Assembly: GCA_000708835.1 (NCBI GenBank)
Contig: DF237009.1
Location: 62,001 to 126,000, forward strand
DNA: 64,000 bases
Origin: Klebsormidium nitens
Taxonomy: Eukaryota > Plantae > Klebsormidiophyceae
Direction of reading: 5' to 3'
Part shown: positions 1 through 11,900 of the stretch, one piece after another
Position numbering within the stretch: the stretch's first letter is position 1
How the letters are laid out: each line of letters opens with the position of its first letter
The notes under the pieces: model-generated
Seen by the model: only the letters and a program-made list of their open reading frames with translations
Told to the model about the DNA's origin: nothing
Database searches by the model: none
Made by a program: the position numbers and the translations under genes

Positions 1-3000
1 TTAGCAGCCCCGCACAGTTGTCGGACAACCCGTGGACGAATGCCAGGAGCTGCACGGCGGCGTGTTTGAGAACCGGGTCCTTGGTTTCCGGCCCCAGGCA
101 TGCGGCCACAGCCGAAAAGAGGCTCGTCGCGCCGCCCGGGGAATCGCCCGGTCCGCTCGTGCTCGGGTCCGTCTCCGGCCGCTTGCTGGTCGCTTCGGAC
201 GCCCGAGTGCCATCCGAAACTTTGCCGCCACCGTCCGAAACCTTCCCGGGACCGTCCGAAACTTTTCCGCCGCCGTCCGAAGGTTTTCCGCCCTCGTCCG
301 AAAATACGAAACTCACCAACGGCGGCGACTCGCAGAGAAGGTGCACTACGTGTAAGGCGACCCCCCGCACAGGGGGCGGCGACTCCAGTCCTATGAGAGG
401 CTCAAGTTTCCGTTCCGTTACAAGGAACGCTAGTTCCGTCCATTGCGTCGCCGGTACGTGCGCAACGAGCAGACCTAGCGTCGAAGCGGCCTCAAACTGC
501 GCGCGGGGGTCCTCGGCTTCGACGGCCAATTCGATCAGCCGGTCAAAGAAGGCGCAGTCGATCGGGGCGCCATCGCGGCCGCTGCCACTGGCGGCGAACC
601 TCGATGCGACACGTGTCCCTAACTCGGTGACTCCACTCGGCCCTGGATCGGACTCCACAGTGGCTTTGCCTTTGCCATTCCTCTGACGGCCGCTGACGTC
701 AGCAGAGGAAGCGGCAGCGTGCGCCTTGCTTGCGGGTCCTATTTTTACTCTACTTGACAAGCGGGCTTGTGAATTGACGCTGCTAAGTGGTACATGAGAA
801 TCTGATCCTATCTGTGCCGTTGCCTGTGTGGTGGGAGTGCTAGGTTGAATTGGAACCCAGTTTGCCCCCAGGGGAGTCGCGGCTGCTGACCCAAGAACCG
901 TGAATCGGGTTGTCGCGTCCAGCCGCAAGAGAACTCGCAAGACTCGTAGGGAAGCGTACACGCTTGTCGGCTGCAAAAGTACAACAGCATTAATCAGAAG
1001 TTCTTCGCGAACCTGAACTGTTCGTTGATGCCCGCACCTGCACCCGCTGATGCTCTCGCACGTTGCGTGTACTTCCAGGTTCCTTTGAACGACACGACAC
1101 CGATAAAAAAAGCAGTCCCTTTCCAGCATACTTTTCGACGTGTTTTTGCGATCTGTAGTTTGCCGCAACCTGATACTTTCTAGGCAGCGCTAAGGAACTT
1201 CCTAACGAGCTACGTGAGATATACTGAAGTTTCCGGCTGATTATATCCGTTGAGCGAAAGGATCCAGTACGGACAACTCTGAACCGTTGATTCTAGTGAG
1301 AATAAGGATCATGTATTGGACGAGAAAAGAGTGAAGATGCTCGTAAGCAGCTACGCCGCAGCCTCCGAAATATTTGGTGCTTCACCTTCTTGGAGTCCAG
1401 CGCTGCTCTCAGTGGAGAGAAGAGCGTTGCGACGGGTTTAAGGCCGTTCATAACCTGCGCGCAGAAACAGAAAAGTGTTGATCAGTTTGTAAGCGTCCAA
1501 CGGAGTCAATAACAGACGGAGTCAGCGCAAACAGTACCCTCCAAGACGTTATGAACAGCGTGCCATCGCAATTTTGCGTGGAGTCGTCAAAAGATCTTTC
1601 CGGAAGTTCAAGGTGATACGAACACCTGGTCAGGTGCAGATCCCAGCCTCTATGATTGGATGCAACTAATTGCCATGAACCCTCGTGAACCCTCGTGCTG
1701 TTCGAGAGAGGCTTGAGCCCCATCAAAGCAGGACCTTCAAGACAGCCTTTCTCGCAAACCTCAAGTCTTCCAGCTCAAAATCCTAGGCGCACATGTCACA
1801 CCTCGTCCTTACCTTCACAAAAGCATCACGAAAGGCCTCCCTCTCGCTGACCACATCCACATCCATCGCCTGCCCTTCGCCCGACGATTCCGCCAAAACC
1901 CCCATCAAGCTCGACGCAGCTTTCCGTCCATCCGCTGCAACCCCGTTCCGCTCCGCCCCATCCCCCCCGGAAACCAACCCGAACACGTCCCCCGCCGCAA
2001 CAGCAAATAGCTTCTGTACAAAACACGCACCGCTCTCCGCCTCCCGAAGGCGCGCCCCAACCGTCTCCAACCGCTCAACGCTCCTTAGCGACTTTGGCTC
2101 CGTTTCTTTGCTCTTCGGCACGGGCCCCTCCGCAGCCGCGGCTCCGCCATCCCCCCGGACACGCGCTTCCGCCCCTCTGTCCACAACGGCTTCCGGTGCC
2201 GTCGGCGCCGCGGCCGGTGACGCGGCCGGTGACGCGGCCGCTGTTGATGATGACGTCACCCCGGCCGCCGCCGCCGCCGCCGCTGACGGAGCCACGGGCG
2301 TCCGAGCGGCCCTGTCGCTCTCCTGGCTCTGGTTTTGCTGGGGCCTCTCGCCCCCCCGCCCGTGCGCCGGGCTCTTGAACAGGGCCCTCGGGGAGCGCCC
2401 TGGCGGCGCCCCCGGTTCGCTGGTCAGCCGGTTGAGCTGCTGGTTAAGCGCGAGAGGCCTCGTCGGAGAGTCGGTGTCCACTTCGCGCCGCCGCTTTGCC
2501 GCGGAACCCGGGCTCGCGCGCTGTTGAGATTGTGCGGCGCGGAGCTCCGCCTCGAGGCGCTGCGCCGCCTCTTGCGCTTCCTTCATCTTGGCGTCCTTCT
2601 CAGCCTTGGCGCGCTTGGCTTCTTGAACTTCTTGATCCTATCAATAAGACCGATTGGATTCAGAAAGTGGATTGAACAATTCCTCAAACCGTTCGAATCC
2701 CATGCACCGATGAGAAACGAAGTGAAGTTGGCAGGGTCACAGGGTCAAAGGACACCCTCAGATTTCAAACGGACATCCAAGAACCGGTTTGAGAGTAAGC
2801 AAGGATTCGAAGAGTTTTCAGAATGGATCAAGGACAATGAACAAATGCAATCACCGTCGACGGCCCGGCCCAGAGGCCTCCAATTTCATTTGTGTCTCAG
2901 GCTGTCGTTTGGCCTCTTCTTTCAGAAGCAACTTCATAAGTTCCGAGACCAAGGACTGTTTCAAAGAGTTGAGAGCCTGCATTCGCAACAAGGCAGTAGC

Positions 3001-4964
3001 TCACAAGCGCCACAGAGCAGCGGCTTGGCAACCGAGGAGCAGTATTTCAAACGTACATCGTCTTACTTTGAAAAGGAGCTGTGCTTGCAGCCTCTCGATC
3101 TCCCGCTGCATGTCCGTCGTCTGCCGCGAAGACGTCTGCTGGCTGCTGCCCGAGACGCCGGCTGCGCGCTTCCTCAGCTCAAACGTCTCGCTCTCGGCCT
3201 GCAGTGTGCCGGCACACTTGTCAGTCAGAGGATATCGAGAATGCTGAGACAATTAAGAAACGGACTTACAGGACATGGCTGCAGAAAGGACGATGAGAAT
3301 GGAAAGAAATAAGAAATTGAAGGATAAAGACAGGGGGATAAGTTATGGCTTGAAATGACAATGTGAGGTAAGGCAGAGTCAGCAAGCGCAATATATCTTA
3401 CAAAAATATTGAAGTCCTGTGATCAGAGACACAAGTGGAAATCTACAAAGTAGACTTCTCGGCCTAAGGAATATTGTACCCGGTGTTCATAGAACCAGGT
3501 CACAGTGGTGGCAATTCGAGATGGACTGATACGCTTTGGATCCTGGACCTGATTTGCAAGCAGTGCAAAACTTGCACTCCTAGACAAATTCCTCACCGTT
3601 TGTACACGGGACCTGAGGAGCGAGATGCAGCCGTCCTTGTCTCTGATGGCCTGTTCATTTTGCCTGAGCTCCTCTTGCAAGCGCCACAGATCCTGCTGCA
3701 CTGTGCCTGCAAAATCACCATTCGGCGTTTCGATTTCATTGAAACAGCTTCAAAGATTGAGTATGGATGAACATTGTCTCACACAACAACACGCCCATGT
3801 CAGAGGAACAGAGACATGTTACCTTCTTGAATGTGACTGGCGGCATATGAACAAACCGAAAACAGAAACGAAGAAAGTTATTGTTCCTTCGTCTACAACA
3901 GGGGAATCATTTGAAGATGTTTTCAAAAGGAAAAACATGTCTTTCCATTCCAATCACAAGGCTTACATAAGACTCAACTTCCACAGGAGATTCTGCAGAG
4001 ATGAACGAAGAAACAGGAAACAATACGGGTGTACACGACTGACCCCACATAAGCGAGCCGCTACCTGGTTGATCTTCATCCGACGTCTGTCAACTTTGTG
4101 AGGGAGGTGCTGATCAAGGCTAACAAGCTGATACCAGCAATCCGTCACACGGCCTGGAGGATTTTGCAAGACAGGTCTGATCTTGTTGAGATAGACCCAG
4201 CATCATCACCGAATCCAAAGAGAAACGACACTTTTGAGTGGGAACCTTGTTAGGCGCTTTGCCAGAAAGCCTGAAAAGTGGCTGCGAGGACCATTCGGTT
4301 TCCTCGAAAAGGTCTGATCTTTCCCTATATTTCAAAGTCAGCCTTTCAGATCACACATTTCTTGATGCAAGCTAGAAAACAACAAAGTCACACACGTCTA
4401 CTTCTCCAGCATGATCACACCACCAGTATCAACTCACACACCTGCAGCCGGAACTGAATTTGAACTCTGTCCGGTGCTGACCGCCGCCGGTGCATTTGGC
4501 TTTGCTTGCACAAAGGCCCTTGGAAGGGGTCCATTCTGCTGAGCTGGCACTGGCTGCAGCGGCTGTCGCGGCGCAGCATTTTGAACCACCCCTGTCCCCG
4601 GGACCTGCCACCGAGCCCCTGGGGCCTGCTGAACTGATGGCCGCGGCGGCGCCACCGGCTGGATCAACATCGGCCGCTGCTGGTGTGAATATGCCTGGGG
4701 GTTTTGGTGTGAAGGTGCCTGGGAGTTGTGCGGCGAAGGGGCTTGCTGAGGCTGGGGGAAGTTTCCTCTCTGCGGCGTAAAAGTCTGGCCTTGCTGGGGC
4801 AATTGTCCTGCATTGGTTTGGAAGCTGGGCCTTGGTGCGGAGGCTTGCGGCCCGTTCTGCTGCTGCGCTGTCTTCCATTCGACTGCCGCGCGCTCCACCT
4901 TGTCGATCTCTGCGATGCACAGGTCCCAGTTGTAGTCGTCATCGTCGTCCATCGGGTCCGCCAT
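1..4964 (-). CDS. SUV2: ATR-interacting protein ATRIP / SENSITIVE TO UV 2 homolog, spliced; 3' end lies outside the window
   Basis: Phase-consistent exons 4964-4442, 3706-3597, 3198-3067, 2637-1813, 1454-1386, 970-<1. The protein has an acidic N-terminus (MADPMDDDDDYNWDLCIAEIDKVE), then a coiled coil, then a helical-repeat region. DAFVK|VMNGLKPVATLFSPL, SVYASLRVLRVLL, VRGVALHVVHLLCESPPL and LFSAVAACL match remembered Arabidopsis SUV2 blocks (LVHRSLRVLHVLL, VRKEAIHLFYLLLNCPKL, IFEGLADCL) in the same order. Confidence 0.8.
213..303 (-). repeat. In-frame 21-bp minisatellite (SDGxGKV)x5 in the SUV2 exon
   Basis: TCCGAA occurs on + at 213, 234, 255, 276 and 297, an exact 21-bp period. The minus strand reads SDEGGKP SDGGGKV SDGPGKV SDGGGKV SDG. 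Confidence 0.95.
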
Positions 4965-5084
4965 CTGATGCAGAATCTTCGCTTCGAAGTGGCACCTATG
5001 AGGAATTGAGCGAGAGGCCCTTGTCTTTGAGTTGATGGTGGCGCGCGCAAGTCACTCAGGAAACTTTACGCATCATCAGGCGGT

Positions 5085-5092
5085 TTTCCCGC
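5085..5092 (+). promoter_or_regulatory. E2F-binding site (TTTCCCGC) upstream of SUV2
   Basis: Exact canonical plant E2F motif about 120 bp upstream of the SUV2 ATG. Replication and checkpoint genes are typical E2F targets. A single 8-mer, so function is inferred. Confidence 0.45.
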
Positions 5093-5414
5093 CCCGCTGA
5101 TCAGACCAAGACCCTTAGAGAAAGAAATATAATGATCGTGTGATGCTCTCTGGTTTCACGCCATGACGACTCACTCGTGCTGCTTGCTAATGTACGCAAG
5201 CGCTCCTGAGCCGTCTAGGAGCCGTCCTACTACTACCGTAGCTCACGTCCCCCTCGCATTGCCGCCACCGCCCCGCCATTTTCGGATGTACAGGCGAACG
5301 TAACTAGACGCGGGAGGGAACTTGGCTCCTTCCTGTCCTGGAGTCTGGACGGTACCTATCATTGACAATGATACCTAGGCCCGTGCGGACCGCCAGCTGA
5401 CGGTACGTACCAGA

Positions 5415-5423
5415 TTAGGGTTT
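5415..5423 (-). promoter_or_regulatory. Telo-box (AAACCCTAA) in the SUV2/CEP290 divergent promoter
   Basis: TTAGGGTTT at 5415-5423 lies between the two divergent start codons (4964 and 5910). Confidence 0.35.
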
Positions 5424-5909
5424 CATAACACAGAACGTATGCCGTGCTCTAGCTCAGCCCAGCTGAGCTCAGCCTCGATCGCGGCCGACGCTTTGAACCA
5501 ATGCCAATGGATGCAACTGGACCAATCTCACTCTTAGCGCCCGCCAATCATGCTCGAAGCTTTTCAAGAGGATGGTGTCCTTTCCCCTTGTTTTTGGCCT
5601 ACTTGAGAAGAAAAAAATGTCACAGGGTCTTTGTCGAAACATGTAAGGCGTGCTTGCGCCGGGGGCATGCTTGTGTGAGTTCTGGTTGCAACCAGCAGTA
5701 CCCTCAAACAATACAATCAGAGAGTATTCCAGCTCAAGTATCAACTGCACGACCACTCTGCGGGGAACACAATTCTTACTTCAAGTCTTACTGAGGGGCA
5801 TTGGGAAATGCAAGAGCGTGGCCATTGAAGATATCAGCTGAATAGAACCAGCGAGGACTTGGTTGCAGTCAATATCTTCAGGCGATATAGGAGATAAAAG
5901 TCGGGCGGT

Positions 5910-8900
5910 ATGGCGCCACTCGTGGTGGCAGCCAAGGAGTTCCGGTTTGCCCCAAAGACGCTGCACCTGGAGTGGGACCCCATTCTGGACGTTGATGTCA
6001 GAAAACTTGTTGAAAAGGTGAGACAGACAGCTGCAATGCCGGACCGAGCTTCCTCCAGAGCTCCCTAAAGAAGCAGATGGGCCTAGTAAAAAGTCCTTGG
6101 ATTGAGACGACAATACCAATCAACAAGAGTACCGCATGAAACAATTCCCTTTGCACCTCCAACAGATTCAGCACTTGAAGGCTGAGCTAATGACAAGATG
6201 CATTGATGTTTGGGACCATCAGTTCGACTTTTGGGCCCAGAAAATCGTCTGCCTTTACTGGCAACAGGCCACACTTGAAGTGTAGTGGTGTGGTTACTAT
6301 TTTTTCCAAAGTTTGGGTAGGAATCACAGCACATCCACAGAACGACTGAGTATGTTATCTGGGGCCCACTACTTTTCAGACAACTGACCTGTGTTGCTTG
6401 CAGTAGTGCAGTGCTGCTCATGAGCCAAGTAGAAACAATGGACGATCTCTCGGGCACTGGCAAGTCCTGTTTGCTTAAGCGAGACACAAGCATTGTGTCC
6501 AGTAGATGCAAAGTAGATCTATGGAGAAGGGCTTTGTTGACTTGTTAATATGTGCAGGCCCCAAACTTGGAGCAACTAGAGGTGTTGGAGTCCACCTCGA
6601 AAAGCTTACTGCCAGCCTTGATCCAAAAGGATGGCGGCCAAGATTGCTTGGACAGGATGGTAAGGGGACACCGGCTCTCAGAATGCTCTCTCCCTTCTCT
6701 CCCCTCAAAAACGACTCTCCATTTGCGGACACATTGACAAAGCCGTTCCACAGGTTTGTTGGTCTCAGGATCTTCCTCTTCTACCCACATCTGCGACACA
6801 CAAATACTGTGGGAATGCTCAAGCTCCTCAGAGAAAGTTCTATTGGCGTATTCCGAATTCCTTAGAGTCTGAGATCACATGCAGCATTTCAGATGTCATC
6901 AGCTTCGACTTGCCACCCAGCCAGGCTGCAGAACGAGGCATGATTCCGTGAAGAATCATCTCCTGAGAAGGCGTAGCTTTCGTGCACTTTGACTCGATCG
7001 ACATCATTTAAGATCGGCACTGTTTTCGATCAGGTACATCTTGCTAAGGTACTGCAACTTGGGCTGGAGTACCAGGGAGAGCTGGGGGAGCGGAATGCAT
7101 CAAGGCTGGAACTGGAGCTCGATAACTTGCAACAAGACCTGCGGCGGGCGCAAACGGGAGGTACGGCCTTGGCTTACGTCCGTTAGGATCCTGCTCAACA
7201 TATTTAGCTTGTTGTGATGTTGTCACATGTTGCGGTCTTCTTAAGCCCCGACGCGAAGCATTCTCTACTTTACGATGGTCTGGCTCAAAAAGATACGCTC
7301 CCGAACTGACTGCTCAGACCAGGTGAACTCAGCCTGGTCGTTTATCCTTTTATTAACCGCACATTAGTGGACTCATATACAACTCTGTACAAGAAGCAGG
7401 GTATGCCATTTTCGCACTGCCAAAAGAATACGTCTGCAAGTTTTTCGATGCCCCTCCAATCTGTTCCATGGAGCCCAGAACAGCCTGTTTAGAGTGGATT
7501 TGAGATTCTGGACGCTTCTTGACGTCCGGCACTTCTTATTCTTTCACCATGAGGAGGTCGAAGTCGCTGGGCGCATGTCTGACAGTCTCGTAGTGGCTGG
7601 CGGTAGATAAAATCTAGGGCGGGATTGAGGACTCACCTTGGCGACCTGCTCTTTGCTCCGTAATCCTTACTTGAGGGTCAGAGAACGCACGTGATGAGTG
7701 TGGCTCGTAGAAGTGTCGAACCAGCAAGACACTGACGGACTAAGTCTTTTCCGCAGACGCGGATGCGCTGGTGGGCACGCTTGAGGGCAAAATCTTAAGG
7801 ACATCCCTTGAAACTAGCTCTCTGCATTGTTCTTGAGGGCTGGGAAACGTGCCCCTAACCTCAACAAGATTGGCTTAATAGAAGGAGTTCCCAATCAGCA
7901 AAAAATGGAGAACCAATATTCTTATTTGGAGGCGCTGGTGGGCAAGCTGGAGGGCGAGATCGAGGACTGCTCGCGAACCTGCTCTCTGCTTTGTCTCAGC
8001 CTTGTGTGAACGAACATACCCAGAACGACAAGGGGTTGGGCTTACAATAATCGTTCTCGCAGACTCGGAGGCGCTGGCAAGCTGAAGAGCGAGATCAAGG
8101 ACCTGCTTTTGGCTTTGAGTTTGGGAAGAAGGGAACGTACCCTCAGACAGACTGAGGATGACTCACAAAGCGAAACTAGAAAGACGATATTAATTTCGCA
8201 GACTCGGAGGCGCTGGTGGGCAAGCTGGAGGGCGAGATTGAGGACCTGAAGGCGGACCTGCTTTCTGCACTCTTTAAGGCTCTGGAACTGTATCGTCAGA
8301 CACAAAAAGAACGCAGCTTCTGTCGGATTTCAACAAGCAAGAGATAAAGAGTATTTCACTTTTCGCAGACTCGGAGGCGCTGGTGGGCAAGCTGGAGGGC
8401 GAGATCGAGGACCTGAACGCGGACCTGCGCGAGGCGTACAAGAAGATGGACGCCTATGAGGCCGAGCTGGACGACCTGCGCGACGAGCTCGCGCAGCGCG
8501 CAACCGAAGGGCGGGGGAGGGCAGGTGTGGCGATTATATCAGCATCCCTTTGCACCGGAGACGTCTCGATGGAGCCCTTGATAGCAGAAGTGTCTCTTCG
8601 ATGCGAGAGGTTTTAGGTTTTTTAGACCCTCGTAGAAGTTTGGCTGTTATGTGAAAGCAATTCTGCATCCAGAGTTGGCTTATATCGGACCTCCCTTGGT
8701 TTGGAAGGCGCTTCTGCTAGGTTCTTTGCCTGAAATCGACCATCCCCATTCAAAATGGATTATTCGACAACCAGAAAGCTCGTAAACTCTTGTGGATTGT
8801 ATTCTGTCTTTGAGGACTTTCATGGCTTCTCCTGCAACTTCTAACAATCAGAGAGTACAGGACCCGACAATTAATTCCTCTGTATCGTCGACAAGTTCGG

Positions 8901-11900
8901 CATCTTCGATAAGTATCGGCGGGTGTTAGGAACAGGGCTGATCGAATCTTTCTAAGCTTAGACGCCTTAAGTGACCCCCAGGCGCAGGCGGGGACAGCAA
9001 CGTGCTGCGGCGCGAGATGGAGGAGGAGCGCGCCAAGTCGTCCCGGCTGGAGCGCCAGGTGGAATTCCTCGAAGGCGCGCTGGACCACGAGCGGCAGCGG
9101 AACGAGCGGATCGAGTCGGTGAGCGGACGTCTACCGTGAGGGGTTTCTGTTTAAGCGCAGTTCTGAAGGTCCTTTCAGGCCTTGTGAGCCTGTTACCCTG
9201 GTCCAGTTGTTGCAAGCGGCACCGGAACAGCGGACAAATTGGTGAGCGAACGTCTGAGAACCTGGCGAGCAATACGTACGCGCGATCTTTCGGACGGAAT
9301 ACGGACGCCAATGAACAATTGTCACCTTGTCTGCTGGCCATGAGCGGCAGTGGAACGAGCGAATCGAGTCGGTGAGCGGAGGTCTACTGTGAGAAGTTTC
9401 TGTGGAGTGTGCCTCTCGACGCTGTTTCAGACGCTGAAAGACCTTGTCACGTGTCCGGTCGCTACTAGCGCCACCCGAACGGACGGAATCGAGTCGGTGA
9501 GGAGACGTCCGAGACTCTGACACTCTGTTGGAAGCTTACTGATTTTTCTTATCTTGTTCGTCTCGTTCTCTGACTGCAAGTGGCAGCGCCAAGAACAGAT
9601 ACCCTCCCTGAGCGGACGCTTGTTGAGTGTCCAATCTCGTTCTGTCCGGAAGGTTTGGAAAATGGAAGATTTTACTGGCCGACTCTCTACAACGGACTTG
9701 ATGGCTGGACTTAAGCAACTGCTACGAGAAATTGACGATGACCTTGTGAATCCTGCAGGAAACGAGGGAGGAGAAACGCAGCGCTGCCATTCTGCGCGAA
9801 AAGGCGAAGGTGAGCCCCAAGCGTCTGTCTTCTTAGTCTTCATCCTTCTCCTGGTTGCGATTTAATGGTGCTGCCGTTGACGAGCTACGTTACCATTCGT
9901 ATTGGTCGGTCAACACGTAGTCTCACTCATAGTATAAGCTTCTCGCTCTTGATTGGGCCTCAAAACGGCTCAGTAAGAATCCAACAAAACGGCGTAGAGA
10001 AACCCATGGATGCCACAGTTAGCACTGCGGCAACTGTCCCCTTGCGGCCATGCTGACTCCGAAGTCTTCTTCGCATCCTTCTACATTTTGTTTCTGCGTT
10101 TATTGCGTCCGCAGTTTACACCTAAGTGCAACTCGCACATCGGTTTGTCAACATGTACGCATCGTTCAAGTATAGAATCGTCAAGGTTGAAGGAGAAAAT
10201 AAACACTGTATTGTGATTGAAAGAAGGTGTGAGAGAAGGGCGTGCAATTAGTGGGAGGGAAATGACCCCCAAAGGATAAGAGTGAGGCGAGAAGCTCCCC
10301 GTCTTTCTCTTTCAAGCCAGAGTCACTTCTCCTTTCTTTGAACGACCTCTATAAATGCTTCAGCTCGTTCAGCTGAATGGATATCTGAATCAATGTGGTC
10401 AAACTTTTGAACGTGTTCGTGCGCTGCAGCAACTGGACGACGAGGTGGGCGAGCTGCGGACGCAACTAGAGGCGGAGCAGAAGCGCATGGAGATGCGGGA
10501 GATGGACGACCGCGGCCAGAGCTCACGTTTGCAACAGAAGAACAGGTGCGGCCCAAACTTGAAACGCATTTCTTACGATCGTAAGGTCAGAACGGCGATA
10601 TGTTCGAGATCGCTCTTGCGCCGCTTCCACGCCGACCTCAATCTTGGTCTTCCGACCCCGACCGCAAAAGGCATCAGCTTGAACCGCGAATCCACCCAAG
10701 CCCAGGTCTTTTCGCAAAGAGACGAACCGGCTGCAGCGCGAGAACAAGGTGCTGTCCAGAGCTCTTTGGATGCAAGGCGCATCGCGAAAACTCGATCACT
10801 CCCCCAAAGTCGAAATCTCATCCTGAACCGCAAGTTTCAAAGCTGGAGTTAGATCGGCCCCCAAGTTTGCACCTCAAGCTCGTGAATTCCAACCTGAACC
10901 GCAAGTTTCATCAGCTTTAACTCCATTCTGAAACCCATATACGACTTCTCTGCAGGGAGATCGACCGGTTGCAGCGCGAGAACAAGGTGCTGGAGCGGCA
11001 GTTTGTGGAGGTGCAGGCTAAAGGAGAGGAGCTAGCCGCCGAGATGCTGCAGCTCAGCGAGCAGGTGGTGCGCCTCGACGAGACGCAGCGCGAGCGGGAC
11101 GCCACGGTGAGAGGGCGCCACGTGGCGGATCCCAGAGCTCGATTAGGGGTGGGATTGCCTTCGGCGAATAGGAGGGCCACGTGTCAGAGTGCTGATTCTC
11201 GAGCAGTACTTGTGCGGCTCTTGCGGATCGACAAGGGCAGCGCGAGCGATGCGAGGCATCTTCAGACAGTGCCGCGGCAAACTGGAAAACCGCATCTGTC
11301 ATAACCCATCCTTTGTGAACAGAAAACTCATGTTGCCAGTGTAGGTCACCCCTCGGCTGTACGAGGGGGACTGACGGCTCTGGTATAATCTGAACCGTCG
11401 CCAGGAGGGCAATCAGAGAGGCCTGGTCGGATTGGCGCGTTGGACTCTCTGTTCACAAACCTTCCGATCTTGTCAGAAGCGTGTCTTTCACGCGCTGTAA
11501 AGGGTCCTGAACACTTCGGCCCTAGATCCTCACGCTCGACACTTCCTGCATTTGCGGACGTGGAGGCGGTGGCTGCGGACGGTAGGCGCCAGAAGGGCGG
11601 ACACGTAAAGTCGGGGTCCTTTTTCTCATTGCGAAAGTGGTGTGGGAGGAGTCTGCCGAGGAGCTCATGCGGACAGCGGTCCTGCAGTTCATGGTTGATC
11701 GCGGTTGAACGAATGGCAGTTCCCCAAACATCTGCATCGAAAAGGAAAAATGTTGGACTTCTCCAAAAACCTGGTACTTCAGCTGTAGCCTCGAACCTGA
11801 TTTACCATGGTTCTCACCACATTGCGGATATGGAGGCTGTGGCGGCCGACGGCGAGCGCGAGAAGGCGGAGCTGCTGGCCCAGGTAGCCGAGCGGCGCGG

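Noticed and set aside
213-303. Regularly spaced repeats here and at 42665-42860 as CRISPR-like arrays
   Set aside because: These are degenerate tandem units with no unique spacers, in a eukaryotic exon and intron, with no cas genes.
1741-1784. Apparent extra SUV2 exon DFELEDLRFARKAVLK
   Set aside because: It has no good donor and runs into a stop. Exon 1813 joins directly to exon 1454 and matches the SUV2 alignment without it.
2691-2700. GTTCGAATCC tRNA B-box-like motif (also GTTCGAATC at 22010)
   Set aside because: No cloverleaf, acceptor stem or A-box around either site.
2335-3312. Long ORFs antisense or off-frame to real exons (2335-3312 +, 15315-16418 -, 28378-29430 -, 38714-40348 -, 38998-40356 -)
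   Set aside because: Shadow ORFs expected from GC-rich codon usage on the opposite strand; the last two are also inflated by the N gap.
5138-5210. Possible C/D-box snoRNA (GTGATGC...CTGA)
   Set aside because: The C box is imperfect, there is no convincing terminal stem, and no antisense guide was recognised.
5469-6865. Cluster of minus-strand ORFs as a degraded retroelement or separate gene
   Set aside because: No RT, integrase or transposase motifs. The region is explained by CEP290 exons 1-2 and their introns on the plus strand.
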